Source: Planctomycetota bacterium (GTDB taxonomy: Bacteria; Planctomycetota; B15-G4; JADJEK01). Taken from it: a DNA stretch of 64,000 bases. The notes under the pieces were generated by a model, which did no database searches, was not told the origin of the DNA, and was given only the letters and a program-made list of their open reading frames with translations. Where the stretch lies: positions 7,842 through 71,841 of the forward strand of contig JBPOIU010000019.1 of the NCBI GenBank assembly GCA_052034255.1. Direction: 5' to 3'. Position numbers and translations under genes: made by a program. Positions 40,935 through 50,360 of this stretch are shown in pieces; position 1 is the first letter of the stretch, and each line of letters opens with the position of its first letter.

Positions 40935-43378
40935 GGCTCGTCTCCGAACGTGCGCGCGCGGAACGCCAGCGTCACCACCGTCAACGACGACAACGGCATC
41001 AACACCGCCGCGACCAGTGGATTGAGGACTCCGCTCATCGCCAACGCGACGTTGACGGCGTTGTACACGAGCGACGCGCGCAAGCAGCGCCGGATGGCGG
41101 CGAGCGTCCGCCGGGAACCATGTAGCAACTCGAGCAGCGGCTCGAGGCCGGGCTTCGCGAGATAGACGTCGGCGGCCTCCAGGCTCGCCTCGGCCCCACC
41201 GCTGACCGCGATGCCGACCGTCGCCGCGGCGAGCGCCGCCGCATCGTTGACGCCGTCGCCGACCATGAACACCCGGCGACCGTCCGCCAAGGCGGAGCGC
41301 ACGCGTTCCAATTTGCGTTCGGGCGAGGCCAAACCCTCGATCGCGCGCTCGTCGAGCCCGAGGTCGCGGCCGATCGCGAGCGCGACCGTCGGTTCGTCGC
41401 CCGAGAGCAGCAGCACTTCGTGGCCCATGCGGCGCAGCGCGGTGACCGCGGACTTCGCGTCCGGCCGCAAAGCATCGCCGAGGCCACCGACGGCTTCGGC
41501 CTTGCCGTCCTGCGCGCAGACCACGGGTGTCAAGCCACGCACCCGCACGCGCTCGATCGCTGCTTCGATCGCCGGCGGCAACGCGCCCATCGCCTGTCGG
41601 ACGTAGCGCGGCGAGCCGACACGCAACTCCACGCCGTCGACCGTGCCCGCGACACCGAAACCGGTTTCGACCTCACGGCGCGTCACGACACCGTTCGCAT
41701 CGCGCACTGCCTGGCGCAGCGCGACGGCGATCGGATGCTCGACGCCGGCTTCCAATGCGGCCGTGCGCTCCAGCAGGGCGGCCGGTCCGGTCCATTCGCA
41801 CAACTGCATCGAGCCCGTGGTCACCGTGCCGGTCTTGTCCAACACGACCAGCGCCGGCGCGCACAGCGCTTCGGCGACGTCGGCGCCTCGGATCAACACT
41901 CCGCGCTTGGCCGCGCGGCCGAGAGCTACCGTCACGGCGAGCGGAGTCGCCAGGCCCAGCGCACACGGGCAAGTGACGATCAGTAGCGCGACCGCATGTT
42001 CGACGGCCCGTTCCGGGGACTGGCTCCACCACAGCGCCGCCGTGATCCCCGCGAGCAACAAGACGACCAGCGTGAATCGACGCGCCATGCGGTCGACGGT
42101 GCGCACGATCGGCGACTTGGTCTCGGCCGCGGCGCGCACGGTCTCCATCAAGCGACCGACGCGCGTCTGCGTGCCCGACGCTTCGACGACGACGTCGACT
42201 TCGCCGCCCTGATTCCGCGATCCCGCCAGCACACGATCGCCGACGCCGAGTGTCCGCGGCTTCGATTCGCCGGTCAGGAACGCGACGTCGAACGAGCCGC
42301 TGCCGCGCGCGATCATGCCATCGACGGCGACGGTCTCGCCGTGACGCACGCGGATGCGATCTCCGCGCACCAGCGCTTCGATCGGCGTGTCGCGCTCGAC
42401 ATCGCCATCGAGCTTGCGTGCGGTCGCGTCGGTGACGGAGAACAACAGATCGACGGCATCGAGCGCATCGCGCGAGCGCTTCTCCTGCAAGAAGCGTCCG
42501 ACGAGCAACAAGAACACGACGACCGTCAACGACTCGAAGTAGGTGTCGCCACGGTCTTGGATCGTGTTCCAGGCGCCGAACGCGGTGCCGATCGTCAACG
42601 CGAGCGCGACCGGCAAATCCATGTGCGGCACGCGCGTGCGGATGGACGTCCACGCGCCCTGGAAGAACACGCGTCCGGGCCAAGCCAGCGCCAGCAACGT
42701 GAAGCCGAGCGACACCGCGCGCAGCAGGAGGCGCGTCGTCGAGTCCATGCCCTCGAGATGACCGCCGTACAGCGCGAACGCGAACAGCATCGTGTTGCCC
42801 GCGCACGCGCCGGCGACGCCGAGATCGATCACGTGCTTCCGGGCACGCGCCCGCCGCGCGGTTTGCCGCGCGGCGCCACGATTCGCGTGCGGCGGATAGC
42901 CGAGGCCGTCCAGCGTCCGAGCAATCGTCGACAGCGCGACGCCGTCGCCGTCGTAGCGCAAGGTCGCGCGGCCGGACACGCGATCCAGGCGAGCATCGAG
43001 CACCCCGGGCAGGATCCGGGGCAAGCGCTCCACGAGCCACACGCACGCCGCGCAATGGACGCCCTCGAGAGCGAGGACGACTTCACGGCTACCGTCGGCG
43101 CAACGCGTCACGTGCTCCGCGGCGAACGTCTCGTGATCGAGGTTTTCGAAGCTCTTGCCGCTCACGATCGCCGGGCGTCGCGCCTGCTCATCGCCTTGCA
43201 GCTCGTAGTAGCGATCGAGCTCCAACGCATGGATCGTCGCGAACACCGTCGCGCAGCCGGGGCAACAGAAGGACGGCTTGCCGTCGCCCGCGATGCGAGC
43301 GCGGGGCACGTCGAGTCCACAGTGCGCGCAGGCGACGGTCGCCGGCGGAGTCAGCGTCGCGCCACGATCAATGGCCAT
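40931..43378 (-). CDS. ccoI: Copper-translocating P1B-type ATPase CcoI/FixI
   Basis: The start is at Met 43378. It has N-terminal Cys pairs (CAHCG, CCPGC), a metal-binding GVHCAACV motif, and the P-type ATPase motifs CPCALGLATP, DKTGTVT and GDGVNDA. Confidence 0.9.
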   Translation of the reverse strand: MAIDRGATLTPPATVACAHCGLDVPRARIAGDGKPSFCCPGCATVFATIHALELDRYYELQGDEQARRPAIVSGKSFENLDHETFAAEHVTRCADGSREVVLALEGVHCAACVWLVERLPRILPGVLDARLDRVSGRATLRYDGDGVALSTIARTLDGLGYPPHANRGAARQTARRARARKHVIDLGVAGACAGNTMLFAFALYGGHLEGMDSTTRLLLRAVSLGFTLLALAWPGRVFFQGAWTSIRTRVPHMDLPVALALTIGTAFGAWNTIQDRGDTYFESLTVVVFLLLVGRFLQEKRSRDALDAVDLLFSVTDATARKLDGDVERDTPIEALVRGDRIRVRHGETVAVDGMIARGSGSFDVAFLTGESKPRTLGVGDRVLAGSRNQGGEVDVVVEASGTQTRVGRLMETVRAAAETKSPIVRTVDRMARRFTLVVLLLAGITAALWWSQSPERAVEHAVALLIVTCPCALGLATPLAVTVALGRAAKRGVLIRGADVAEALCAPALVVLDKTGTVTTGSMQLCEWTGPAALLERTAALEAGVEHPIAVALRQAVRDANGVVTRREVETGFGVAGTVDGVELRVGSPRYVRQAMGALPPAIEAAIERVRVRGLTPVVCAQDGKAEAVGGLGDALRPDAKSAVTALRRMGHEVLLLSGDEPTVALAIGRDLGLDERAIEGLASPERKLERVRSALADGRRVFMVGDGVNDAAALAAATVGIAVSGGAEASLEAADVYLAKPGLEPLLELLHGSRRTLAAIRRCLRASLVYNAVNVALAMSGVLNPLVAAVLMPLSSLTVVTLAFRARTFGDEP

Positions 43379-44093
43379 GGCAGCACGCTGGAACCACGTG
43401 CTCGGGAGCCACGGCCGAAGGCGCTGTCTGCGTCGTGGCCTCGAGTGCCTCGGCGCGACGCAACACGCCCCACAAGCTGACGACCGCGAGGATCGCGACC
43501 GCGATGCGCGGCACACGCTGATCGAGGCGCGAGCGCAACGAGCCCGCGCAGATCCCAGCGGCGACGAGCGCGGGCAACGTGCCGGCGAAGAACGCGACCA
43601 TCACGCCGGCCGCCGCCAGCGGCGAGCCGGTACCGGCAGCGACGACGACGAACGCCCACAGGAAGCCGCACGGCAACAGCGCCGAGAGCGCGCCGAACCC
43701 GAATGCACGCGCGTTCAGCGACATCCGCGCGAGCTCTTCACGCAGCGGCGCGACGAGATGTTCGAGCGGAGCCAGCAGCCGTCGCATCGGATCGAAGCGC
43801 AACCCGACTTGCAGCGCACCCTTCGCCAGCACCGTGGCGACGAGCAGTCCGACCGCGAACCACAGAGCGCCGCGCTGGATGCCGATGCTCCACGCACCGG
43901 CATCGACGGCGTTGCCGAGGGCTCCGGCGAGTGCTCCGAGCGAGGCGTAGCTGACGAGGCGACCGAGCTGGTAGAGGGCGATCCGTCCCTTGCGTTTCGA
44001 CGCCGACACCCAGACCAACGGGCCGCACATCGCCGCGCAATGCAGCGAGCCCGCGAAACCAGCACCGAGCGTCGACAACAGCAACGCGTTCAT
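43368..44093 (-). CDS. DsbD_2/TauE-SafE-like integral membrane protein (HCxxMCGP motif) embedded in the cco assembly operon
   Basis: The start is at Met 44093 (ATGA overlap with ccoH). It has SLHCAAMCGP, multiple TM helices and a C-terminal CCHGH. Confidence 0.55.
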   Translation of the reverse strand: MNALLLSTLGAGFAGSLHCAAMCGPLVWVSASKRKGRIALYQLGRLVSYASLGALAGALGNAVDAGAWSIGIQRGALWFAVGLLVATVLAKGALQVGLRFDPMRRLLAPLEHLVAPLREELARMSLNARAFGFGALSALLPCGFLWAFVVVAAGTGSPLAAAGVMVAFFAGTLPALVAAGICAGSLRSRLDQRVPRIAVAILAVVSLWGVLRRAEALEATTQTAPSAVAPEHVVPACCHGH

Positions 44094-44593
44094 CGATCGC
44101 CTCGCGCGGCACCGAGCTCTCGGCGCAAGGTCGCGGTGAAACGCTCGCCGGAGCGCTCCGCGACGAGCCGCACTTCCCACAGTCCCGGCCGCGGCTCATG
44201 CAGCGCGGCGACGTAGTCACCGGTCGTGGTGCGCGTCGCCTCGCCGGTCTCGATGCGGCTCGCGCGAGCGATCGCGCAGGCCTCGAACGAGATCGCCGCG
44301 TCGTCGATCGGTTGGCCGCCGCGGTCCTTCAGCACCACCTTCAGTTGGCCGCTCGCGCCGCCAAGGACCGGTGCGACCAACTCGGCGTCCGCGCTCCAAC
44401 CGAGACGTTCGTTGTCGGCGCGCTGGCGCGCGACGTCGTTCCATTGCGCGGCCTTGCGCTCGTAGTCGCGCTCGACGGAGAACGACGGATCGCCGGTCGC
44501 GTAGGCCAACAGGATCACTTGCATCGTGATGCAGAACACGAGCATCCCGACCACGACACCCACCCAAACGCGACGCGCGACGACGGGCTTCAT
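44090..44593 (-). CDS. ccoH: FixH/CcoH family cbb3 oxidase assembly protein
   Basis: It has an N-terminal TM helix and a soluble domain of about 120 aa, and is positioned between ccoG and ccoI with 4-nt overlaps. Confidence 0.65.
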   Translation of the reverse strand: MKPVVARRVWVGVVVGMLVFCITMQVILLAYATGDPSFSVERDYERKAAQWNDVARQRADNERLGWSADAELVAPVLGGASGQLKVVLKDRGGQPIDDAAISFEACAIARASRIETGEATRTTTGDYVAALHEPRPGLWEVRLVAERSGERFTATLRRELGAARGDR

Positions 44594-45990
44594 GGCTTCT
44601 TCTCCGAACCACCGGCGAACAGCGGGCCGAGCACCGTGTGCACGGCGTCGAACACCACCGCGTCGCCGTGCTTCGCGCTCACGCGCACCAGCGCTCGACC
44701 GTTGTCGAAGCGTTCGCGCGGCACGATCAGCGTGGCATTGACTTCGACGTACCCGCGACCCGCGATGTGTTGGGTGCCGTCGGCGGTGAGCAGCGACACA
44801 CCCGGCTCGGGCTGCAGCACGAGGTCGATCGCCGCATCGGCGCGGTTCTCGATCCGGATCGTCGCCGGAGTCGAGATCGAGCCGTCCGCCAACACCGTGA
44901 ACTGCGCACCGCGCGTGCGCAGGAACTCGACCGCGAGCGTCGAGCGCTTCGCCAGCGCCGTGACCAGACCGCTCAGCACGATCGCGATCAGCAACGGATA
45001 GAGCACGATGCGCGGGCGCAGCGTTCTCTTCGGCTTACCGGCAAGCGTCGCTTGGGTCGCGTAACGGATCAGGCCGCGCGGCCGCTCGATCTTGTCCATC
45101 ACGGCGTCGCACGCGTCGATGCACTGCGCGCAGCCCACGCATTCCATTTGCAGACCGGCGCGGATGTCGATGCCGGTCGGACAAGTCTGCACACACAGCT
45201 TGCAGTCGATGCAGTCGCCATGCGTTCGCGTCGCGCCGGTCTCGAGCTTGCCTCGCGGTTCACCACGCGCGACGTCGTAACCGATGACCAGCGAGTGCTC
45301 GTCGAGCAGCACCGATTGGAGCCGACCGTACGGGCACATCAGCGTGCACATTTGTTCGCGCACGTACGCGAAGTCGATGAACATCGCCAACGTGGTGATC
45401 GCGACCACCGCGAACGCCGCCGGATGTTCCGCCGGCGACGTCGTGATCCAGCGCGACAGGCGCTCGGTACCGACGAAGTACGCCAGGAACACGTTCGCGA
45501 TCACGAACGACAGCGCGAGGTAGACGACGAAGCGCAGCACGCGGCGCCATGCCGGCGCGCCTTCGCGCCCATGCTTGCCCTCGATCAGCCGCTGCAGCGG
45601 TCGATAGATCAACTCGAGGTACACGGTCTGCGGGCACGCGTAGCCGCACCACACCCGACCGAGCAGCGCCGTGAACCAGAAGATCCCGAGGAAGATGCCG
45701 ACGACCAGCAGCGCGAGCAGCAGCGTCTCGGTCGCGAAGAACGTCGTCCCGAAGAACGTGAATTCACGGTTCATCAGGTCGAGGAACAGCGCCGGCTTGC
45801 CCCCGATCCGCACGAACGGCAGCGCCGCGAACAATGCGATCAACGCCCAACCGATCACGCGACGGCGGTTCAGGAACCGACCGGGTGACAGCTTCGGGTC
45901 GATCCAGCGCCGCGAACCGTCCTGGTTCAGCGTGGACAACACCCGTTCGGGCGTCGGCAGCATGTGCGGGGGTTGTGGCGCCATGTTCAT
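44590..45990 (-). CDS. ccoG: cbb3 oxidase accessory 4Fe-4S ferredoxin CcoG/FixG
   Basis: Two ferredoxin Cys clusters are present (CGYACPQ, and the CxxCxxCxxxCP pair CKLCVQTCP/CVGCAQCIDAC), with N-terminal TM helices and a C-terminal Ig-like domain. Confidence 0.9.
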   Translation of the reverse strand: MNMAPQPPHMLPTPERVLSTLNQDGSRRWIDPKLSPGRFLNRRRVIGWALIALFAALPFVRIGGKPALFLDLMNREFTFFGTTFFATETLLLALLVVGIFLGIFWFTALLGRVWCGYACPQTVYLELIYRPLQRLIEGKHGREGAPAWRRVLRFVVYLALSFVIANVFLAYFVGTERLSRWITTSPAEHPAAFAVVAITTLAMFIDFAYVREQMCTLMCPYGRLQSVLLDEHSLVIGYDVARGEPRGKLETGATRTHGDCIDCKLCVQTCPTGIDIRAGLQMECVGCAQCIDACDAVMDKIERPRGLIRYATQATLAGKPKRTLRPRIVLYPLLIAIVLSGLVTALAKRSTLAVEFLRTRGAQFTVLADGSISTPATIRIENRADAAIDLVLQPEPGVSLLTADGTQHIAGRGYVEVNATLIVPRERFDNGRALVRVSAKHGDAVVFDAVHTVLGPLFAGGSEKKP

Positions 45991-46009
45991 CGGTCGTCGA
46001 CCTTGGCGG

Positions 46010-46594
46010 TCAGGGATTGGCGGCGAACGGCGCGATCGCGTCGCCCTGCGGTTCCTTGCCGGGCTTCGGCGATTGCGCGAGCTTCGTCACGTACGACGCC
46101 AGCAGCACGATCTGCGTGTCCGTCAGTTGGTCCTTCCAGGTCGGCATGCCCTTCAGCACGACGCCGTCTTGAATGACCTTCGCGATGTCGGTGACGGCCT
46201 TGACGTTGATCCAGCGATCGTCGGTCAAGTTCGGCCCGACCATGCCCGTGCCGTCCGCGCGATGGCATTGCGCGCACTTGGACCGGAATAGGCTCGCCAT
46301 CCCGGCCATTGCCACCGCGTCGTCGCGGTACTTCAGAATCGTCGGCGCGTCCGGCGCGAGCTTGCCGTAGGTCGCGAGCAGCTGGTTCGCGTGATCGGCG
46401 ACCTCGGCTTCGTACGCCTGGTCGAGCGAAGGTCCTTCACCGAAGTGGTAGTAGACCGTGTACGGGAACGCGAACAGGATGGTCAGCCAGAACGTCCACA
46501 CCCACCAACCGGGCAGCGGGTTGTCGTACTCCTGGATGCCGTCGTAGTTGTGGTCGAGGACCGACGACGGATCGGAACCATGAACTTCGCTCAT
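46010..46594 (-). CDS. ccoP: cbb3-type cytochrome c oxidase subunit III CcoP, short monohaem form
   Basis: The FixP N-terminal domain motif (NYDGIQEYDNPLPGWW) is present with a single CAQCH haem site. Confidence 0.8.
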   Translation of the reverse strand: MSEVHGSDPSSVLDHNYDGIQEYDNPLPGWWVWTFWLTILFAFPYTVYYHFGEGPSLDQAYEAEVADHANQLLATYGKLAPDAPTILKYRDDAVAMAGMASLFRSKCAQCHRADGTGMVGPNLTDDRWINVKAVTDIAKVIQDGVVLKGMPTWKDQLTDTQIVLLASYVTKLAQSPKPGKEPQGDAIAPFAANP

Positions 46595-46800
46595 GACGTC
46601 TCTCCAGGCTGCCGCGACGGGGAGCGCGGCTCGAACACTCGATCGTCGTCCAACGGCATGTTTCCGCGCGTCTCGTAGAGCTCACGCCGCCCGAGCATCA
46701 GCCGCACGAGCACGCCGAGGAACAGCGCGAGGAACACGAACAGCGCGACCTGCTTCAGCGCGAGCACCGACTCGGAGAACTGGATCTCAGCGAGAACCAT
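46591..46800 (-). CDS. ccoQ: Small membrane protein, CcoQ-like cbb3 oxidase subunit
   Basis: The 69-aa product has a single TM helix and is coupled by 4-nt overlap between ccoNO and ccoP. Confidence 0.45.
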   Translation of the reverse strand: MVLAEIQFSESVLALKQVALFVFLALFLGVLVRLMLGRRELYETRGNMPLDDDRVFEPRSPSRQPGETS

Positions 46801-49066
46801 GGTCGGCCTCCGGCTTGGCGTCCGTGCTCTGCGCCTGCGATGCGTCGGCGGGCAGCGGCTTCGCGATGTCCGTGCCGAGGCGCAACAGGTAGGCGACGAG
46901 AGCGATGATCTTCTTGTGCTCGATGCCGCTGTCCTTGAACGTCGCGTCCTCGGCGACGAGCTTGTCGAACACGGCCTTCGCCTGCGCGCGCGCGCTGACT
47001 TCGGCCTTGCCGATCACGTCGGCGTAGGGCACGCCGATCTTCGACATCGCGACGACCTTGCCCTCGATCGCGGCGAAGTCGAGCTCGTCTCGCAGCAGCC
47101 ACGGATACGCCGGCATGATCGTGCCCGGGCTCGTGTCCGAGGGTCGATTCAAGTGACGCACGTGCCACGACACGGACGAGTTCGTTTGGCCGATGCGCGC
47201 GAGGTCGGGACCGATGCGGCGCGAACCCCACAGGAACGGGTGGTCGTAGACCGACTCACCGGCCTTGCTGTATTCGCCGTAGCGTTCGGTTTCGTGGCGC
47301 ATCGGCCGCACCATCTGCGAGTGGCACGACACGCAACCTTCTGCGATGTAGACATCGCGGCCCGCGAGTTCGAGCGGCGTCCACGGCGTCACCGTGGCGA
47401 TCGTCGGCACGTTCGACTTCACGATGAACGTCGGGATGATCTCGAACAACGAGGCGGTGACGACCGAGATCACGACCCAGATCGTGAACTTCAGCGGCAA
47501 GCCTTCGAACGAGCGGTGCCACTTGGCCTGGAACAGCACGTCGAGCGACTTCGCGACGTCCGCGACCGCGGTCAGATCCGATGCGGGCGTCGGCGCCGGT
47601 CGCCACGCGCGATCGAGGGCCGGAGCCTGATGCTCCTGCTCCGTGTACGTCGCCGGGCGACGCGCCCACGTCATCAGCAGGTTCACGAGGCACATCACCG
47701 CGCCGACCACGTACAGCGAACCGCCGAACGCGCGCAGCCAGTACATCGGCATCAGCTTGCGCACGGTCTCGATGAAGTCGGGGTACATCAACGAGCCCGA
47801 CGCGTCGAATGCGCGCCACATCAGACCCTGCGTCAAACCCGCGACGTAGATCGGGATCAGATAGAAGACGATGCCGATCGTGCCGAGCCAGAAGTGGGCG
47901 TTGACCCAACCTGGCTTGGCGACGGTCTGCGTCTGGAACAGCCGCGGCGCGAGCCAGTACAGCATGCCGAACGACATGAACCCGACCCAGCCGAGCGCGC
48001 CGCCGTGCACGTGCGCGATGGTCCAGTCGGTGTAGTGCGACAGCGAGTTCACGCTCTTCACCGACATCATCGGACCCTCGAAGGTCGACATGCCGTAGAA
48101 GGTGATCGCGACCACGTAGAACTTCAGGATCGGGTCCTGCGCGACCTTGTGCCACGCGCCGCGCAGCGTCAGCAGGCCGTTCAGCATGCCGCCCCACGAC
48201 GGCATCCACAGCATCACCGAGAACAGCATGCCGAGCGTGCTGAGCCACGCCGGGCACGACGTGTAGTGCAGGTGGTGCGGGCCGGCGAAGATGTAGATGA
48301 AGACCAGCGACCAGAAGTGCAGGATCGACAGCTTGTAGGAGAACACCGGGCGCTCGGCGGCCTTCGGCAGGAAGTAGTACATGAGGCCGAGGAACGGTGT
48401 GGTCAGGAAGAACGCCACGGCGTTGTGGCCGTACCACCACTGCATGAAGGCGTCCTGGACGCCGCTGTAGATCGAGTAGCTCTTCGTCCAGGTCACGGGG
48501 ATCGCGAGGCTGTTGAAGATGTGCAGCACGGCGATCGCGATCAGCGTCGCGATGTAGAACCACACGGCGACGTAGAGGTGCTGCTCGCGCCGCTTCGCGA
48601 CCGTGCCGAAGTAGTTGATCGCGAACGCCACCCAAACCAGCGCGATCGCGATGTCGATCGGCCACTCGAGTTCGGCGTATTCCTTCGAGGACGTGATGCC
48701 GGCCGGCAGTGTGATCGCGGCGGCCACGATGATCAGTTGCCAGCCCCAGAAGTGCACGCGCCCGAGCATGTCGCTGAACATGCGCGCCTTCAGCAGACGC
48801 TGCGACGAGTAGTACATGGCCGCGAAGATCGCGTTGCCCGCGAACGCGAAGATCACCGCGTTCGTGTGCAGCGGACGAAGGCGGCCGAAGCTCAACCAAG
48901 GAGTGTCGAAGTTGAGCGCGGGTACTGCGAGCTGCAGGGCGATGAAGACGCCGGCGAGCATGCCGACGACTCCCCAGACCGCGGTCGCGAAGACGAACTT
49001 TCGAACGATGTCGTCGTCGTAGCGGAACGACTCCATCCGGCTGGCGGACGCTGTGGACACCGGCAT
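46787..49066 (-). CDS. ccoNO: Fused cbb3-type cytochrome c oxidase subunits I and II (CcoNO)
   Basis: The start is at Met 49066. The N-terminal ~480 aa is a 12-TM haem-copper oxidase with His ligands (HNAVAFF, HHLHYT, HVHGGALGW). The C-terminal ~200 aa is CcoO-like with CVSCHSQ. Confidence 0.9.
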   Translation of the reverse strand: MPVSTASASRMESFRYDDDIVRKFVFATAVWGVVGMLAGVFIALQLAVPALNFDTPWLSFGRLRPLHTNAVIFAFAGNAIFAAMYYSSQRLLKARMFSDMLGRVHFWGWQLIIVAAAITLPAGITSSKEYAELEWPIDIAIALVWVAFAINYFGTVAKRREQHLYVAVWFYIATLIAIAVLHIFNSLAIPVTWTKSYSIYSGVQDAFMQWWYGHNAVAFFLTTPFLGLMYYFLPKAAERPVFSYKLSILHFWSLVFIYIFAGPHHLHYTSCPAWLSTLGMLFSVMLWMPSWGGMLNGLLTLRGAWHKVAQDPILKFYVVAITFYGMSTFEGPMMSVKSVNSLSHYTDWTIAHVHGGALGWVGFMSFGMLYWLAPRLFQTQTVAKPGWVNAHFWLGTIGIVFYLIPIYVAGLTQGLMWRAFDASGSLMYPDFIETVRKLMPMYWLRAFGGSLYVVGAVMCLVNLLMTWARRPATYTEQEHQAPALDRAWRPAPTPASDLTAVADVAKSLDVLFQAKWHRSFEGLPLKFTIWVVISVVTASLFEIIPTFIVKSNVPTIATVTPWTPLELAGRDVYIAEGCVSCHSQMVRPMRHETERYGEYSKAGESVYDHPFLWGSRRIGPDLARIGQTNSSVSWHVRHLNRPSDTSPGTIMPAYPWLLRDELDFAAIEGKVVAMSKIGVPYADVIGKAEVSARAQAKAVFDKLVAEDATFKDSGIEHKKIIALVAYLLRLGTDIAKPLPADASQAQSTDAKPEADHGSR

Positions 49067-49474
49067 GCTCCGATCCCGAAACGGTGGAGGAACGAGAAGA
49101 GAACCGGGTCGAGCAACCTCCATGCCCGGTGCGGAGGATGCCGCAGACGGCCTCCATTGGGCCGTTCGCGGCTCGAAATCGCGGCGCGATGTCGCAGGTT
49201 CCCGCAGCCAGCGCGTGTTCGTTCCCAAAGGCAACGGGAAATCCGCCCCGACTTCAGATCGGTGCGCGAGAGCGAGGTCGACGGAAGTTTTTGAATCAGC
49301 GCGTCGCGCGAGCCGTGCGCGTGCCGGGATCGAAACACGAAGCGCGGGTCGCGGGAGACGAGTCCAGGACGTGTGCGCCGAACATCGCGAGTCTCCGCGC
49401 CGCAGCGTCGTCAGGTCCAAGCGCGCCGAGAAGTTTGCATCCCGCGCTCAGGAGCTCTTCCAGCCCCCCGCCCA

Positions 49475-49578
49475 CCTGCTCTCCCTGCACCCTGCTCTCC
49501 CTGCACCCTGCACCCCTCGTCCCCTGCCTCCCTGTTTCGTTCATCCAACCAGGTCTGCCGGGAGGCAGGGGACGAGGG
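49475..49578. repeat. Pyrimidine-rich 16-nt tandem repeat (cctgctctccctgcac x2 plus a partial copy) immediately followed by a 19-bp perfect inverted repeat with a 27-nt loop, in the kdpE-ccoNO intergenic region
   Basis: Read directly from the sequence. The repeats are at 49475..49506, stem 1 (ccctcgtcccctgcctccc) is at 49514..49532, and stem 2 (gggaggcaggggacgaggg) is at 49560..49578. Confidence 0.5.
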
Positions 49579-49658
49579 ATGCAGCGCGCAGTGGAAACAG
49601 GGATTCACGACGTCAGGCCTCGCGCGGTCTCGGCCGCTCGAGCCTGACTCGAGGTTCC

Positions 49659-50360
49659 TTACCGCTCCGCATCCCCCATCAATCGGTACCCCACCCCCGG
49701 CTCCGTGCGCAGCACCTTCGGCCGTGCCGGGTCGTGCTCCAACTTGTGCCTCAACTGCGCCATGTAGACGCGTAGGTAATGCGTTTCCCCGGCCGCCGCC
49801 GGGCCCCACACTTCCTTCAGCAGCTGCCGATGCGTCGCGACCTTGCCGGGAATGCGCGCGAGTGCGGCGAGCAGCTTGAACTCGGTCGGCGTCAACTGCA
49901 CGTCCGCTTCCGCTCGCGTCACCCTGTGATGTTCGAGATCGATCACGACGTCGCCGCACCGCACGATCGGCGCGACCGCGGCCGGCGCAGCCGCGTGCCG
50001 CAGCGCGACCCGAATGCGCGCGAGCAACTCGCCGGTCGCGAACGGCTTGGTGACGTAATCATCGGCGCCGGCATCGAGCAGCACGACCTTCTCGTCTTCA
50101 CGCCCGCGCGCGGACAGCACGACGATTGGCGCGCGGCTCCACTCCCGTAACCCGCGGACGACGTCGATGCCATCTCCGTCGGGCAACCCCAAGTCCAACA
50201 GCACGACGTCCGGATTCCACGACCGCGCGAGCGCGAGTGCATCGCGGACGCCGCCGGCCTCGACGATCCGTAGTCCCTCCGCGACCAGCGTCGTGCGTAA
50301 CAGCTGCCGAAGCGGCGCGTCGTCCTCCACGATCAACGCCAGCGCGCCGGGCGGGCTCAC
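49659..50360 (-). CDS. kdpE: Two-component response regulator KdpE (OmpR family)
   Basis: The GTG start at 50360 overlaps the kdpD stop in GTGA. It has a receiver domain (LIVEDDAPL...DVVLLDLGLPDGDG) and a winged-helix domain (LTPTEFKLL...GVGYRL). Confidence 0.85.
   Translation of the reverse strand: MSPPGALALIVEDDAPLRQLLRTTLVAEGLRIVEAGGVRDALALARSWNPDVVLLDLGLPDGDGIDVVRGLREWSRAPIVVLSARGREDEKVVLLDAGADDYVTKPFATGELLARIRVALRHAAAPAAVAPIVRCGDVVIDLEHHRVTRAEADVQLTPTEFKLLAALARIPGKVATHRQLLKEVWGPAAAGETHYLRVYMAQLRHKLEHDPARPKVLRTEPGVGYRLMGDAER

Noticed and set aside
41996-45888. Plus-strand ORFs 41996..43480, 43278..44216 and 44638..45888 opposite ccoI, the TauE-like gene, ccoH and ccoG
   Set aside because: Antisense shadows of clearly identifiable cco assembly genes.
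46799-49294. 831-aa plus-strand ORF and 633-aa minus-strand alternate-frame ORF (47256..49157) over ccoNO
   Set aside because: Shadows. The true frame encodes a canonical haem-copper oxidase with its His ligands.
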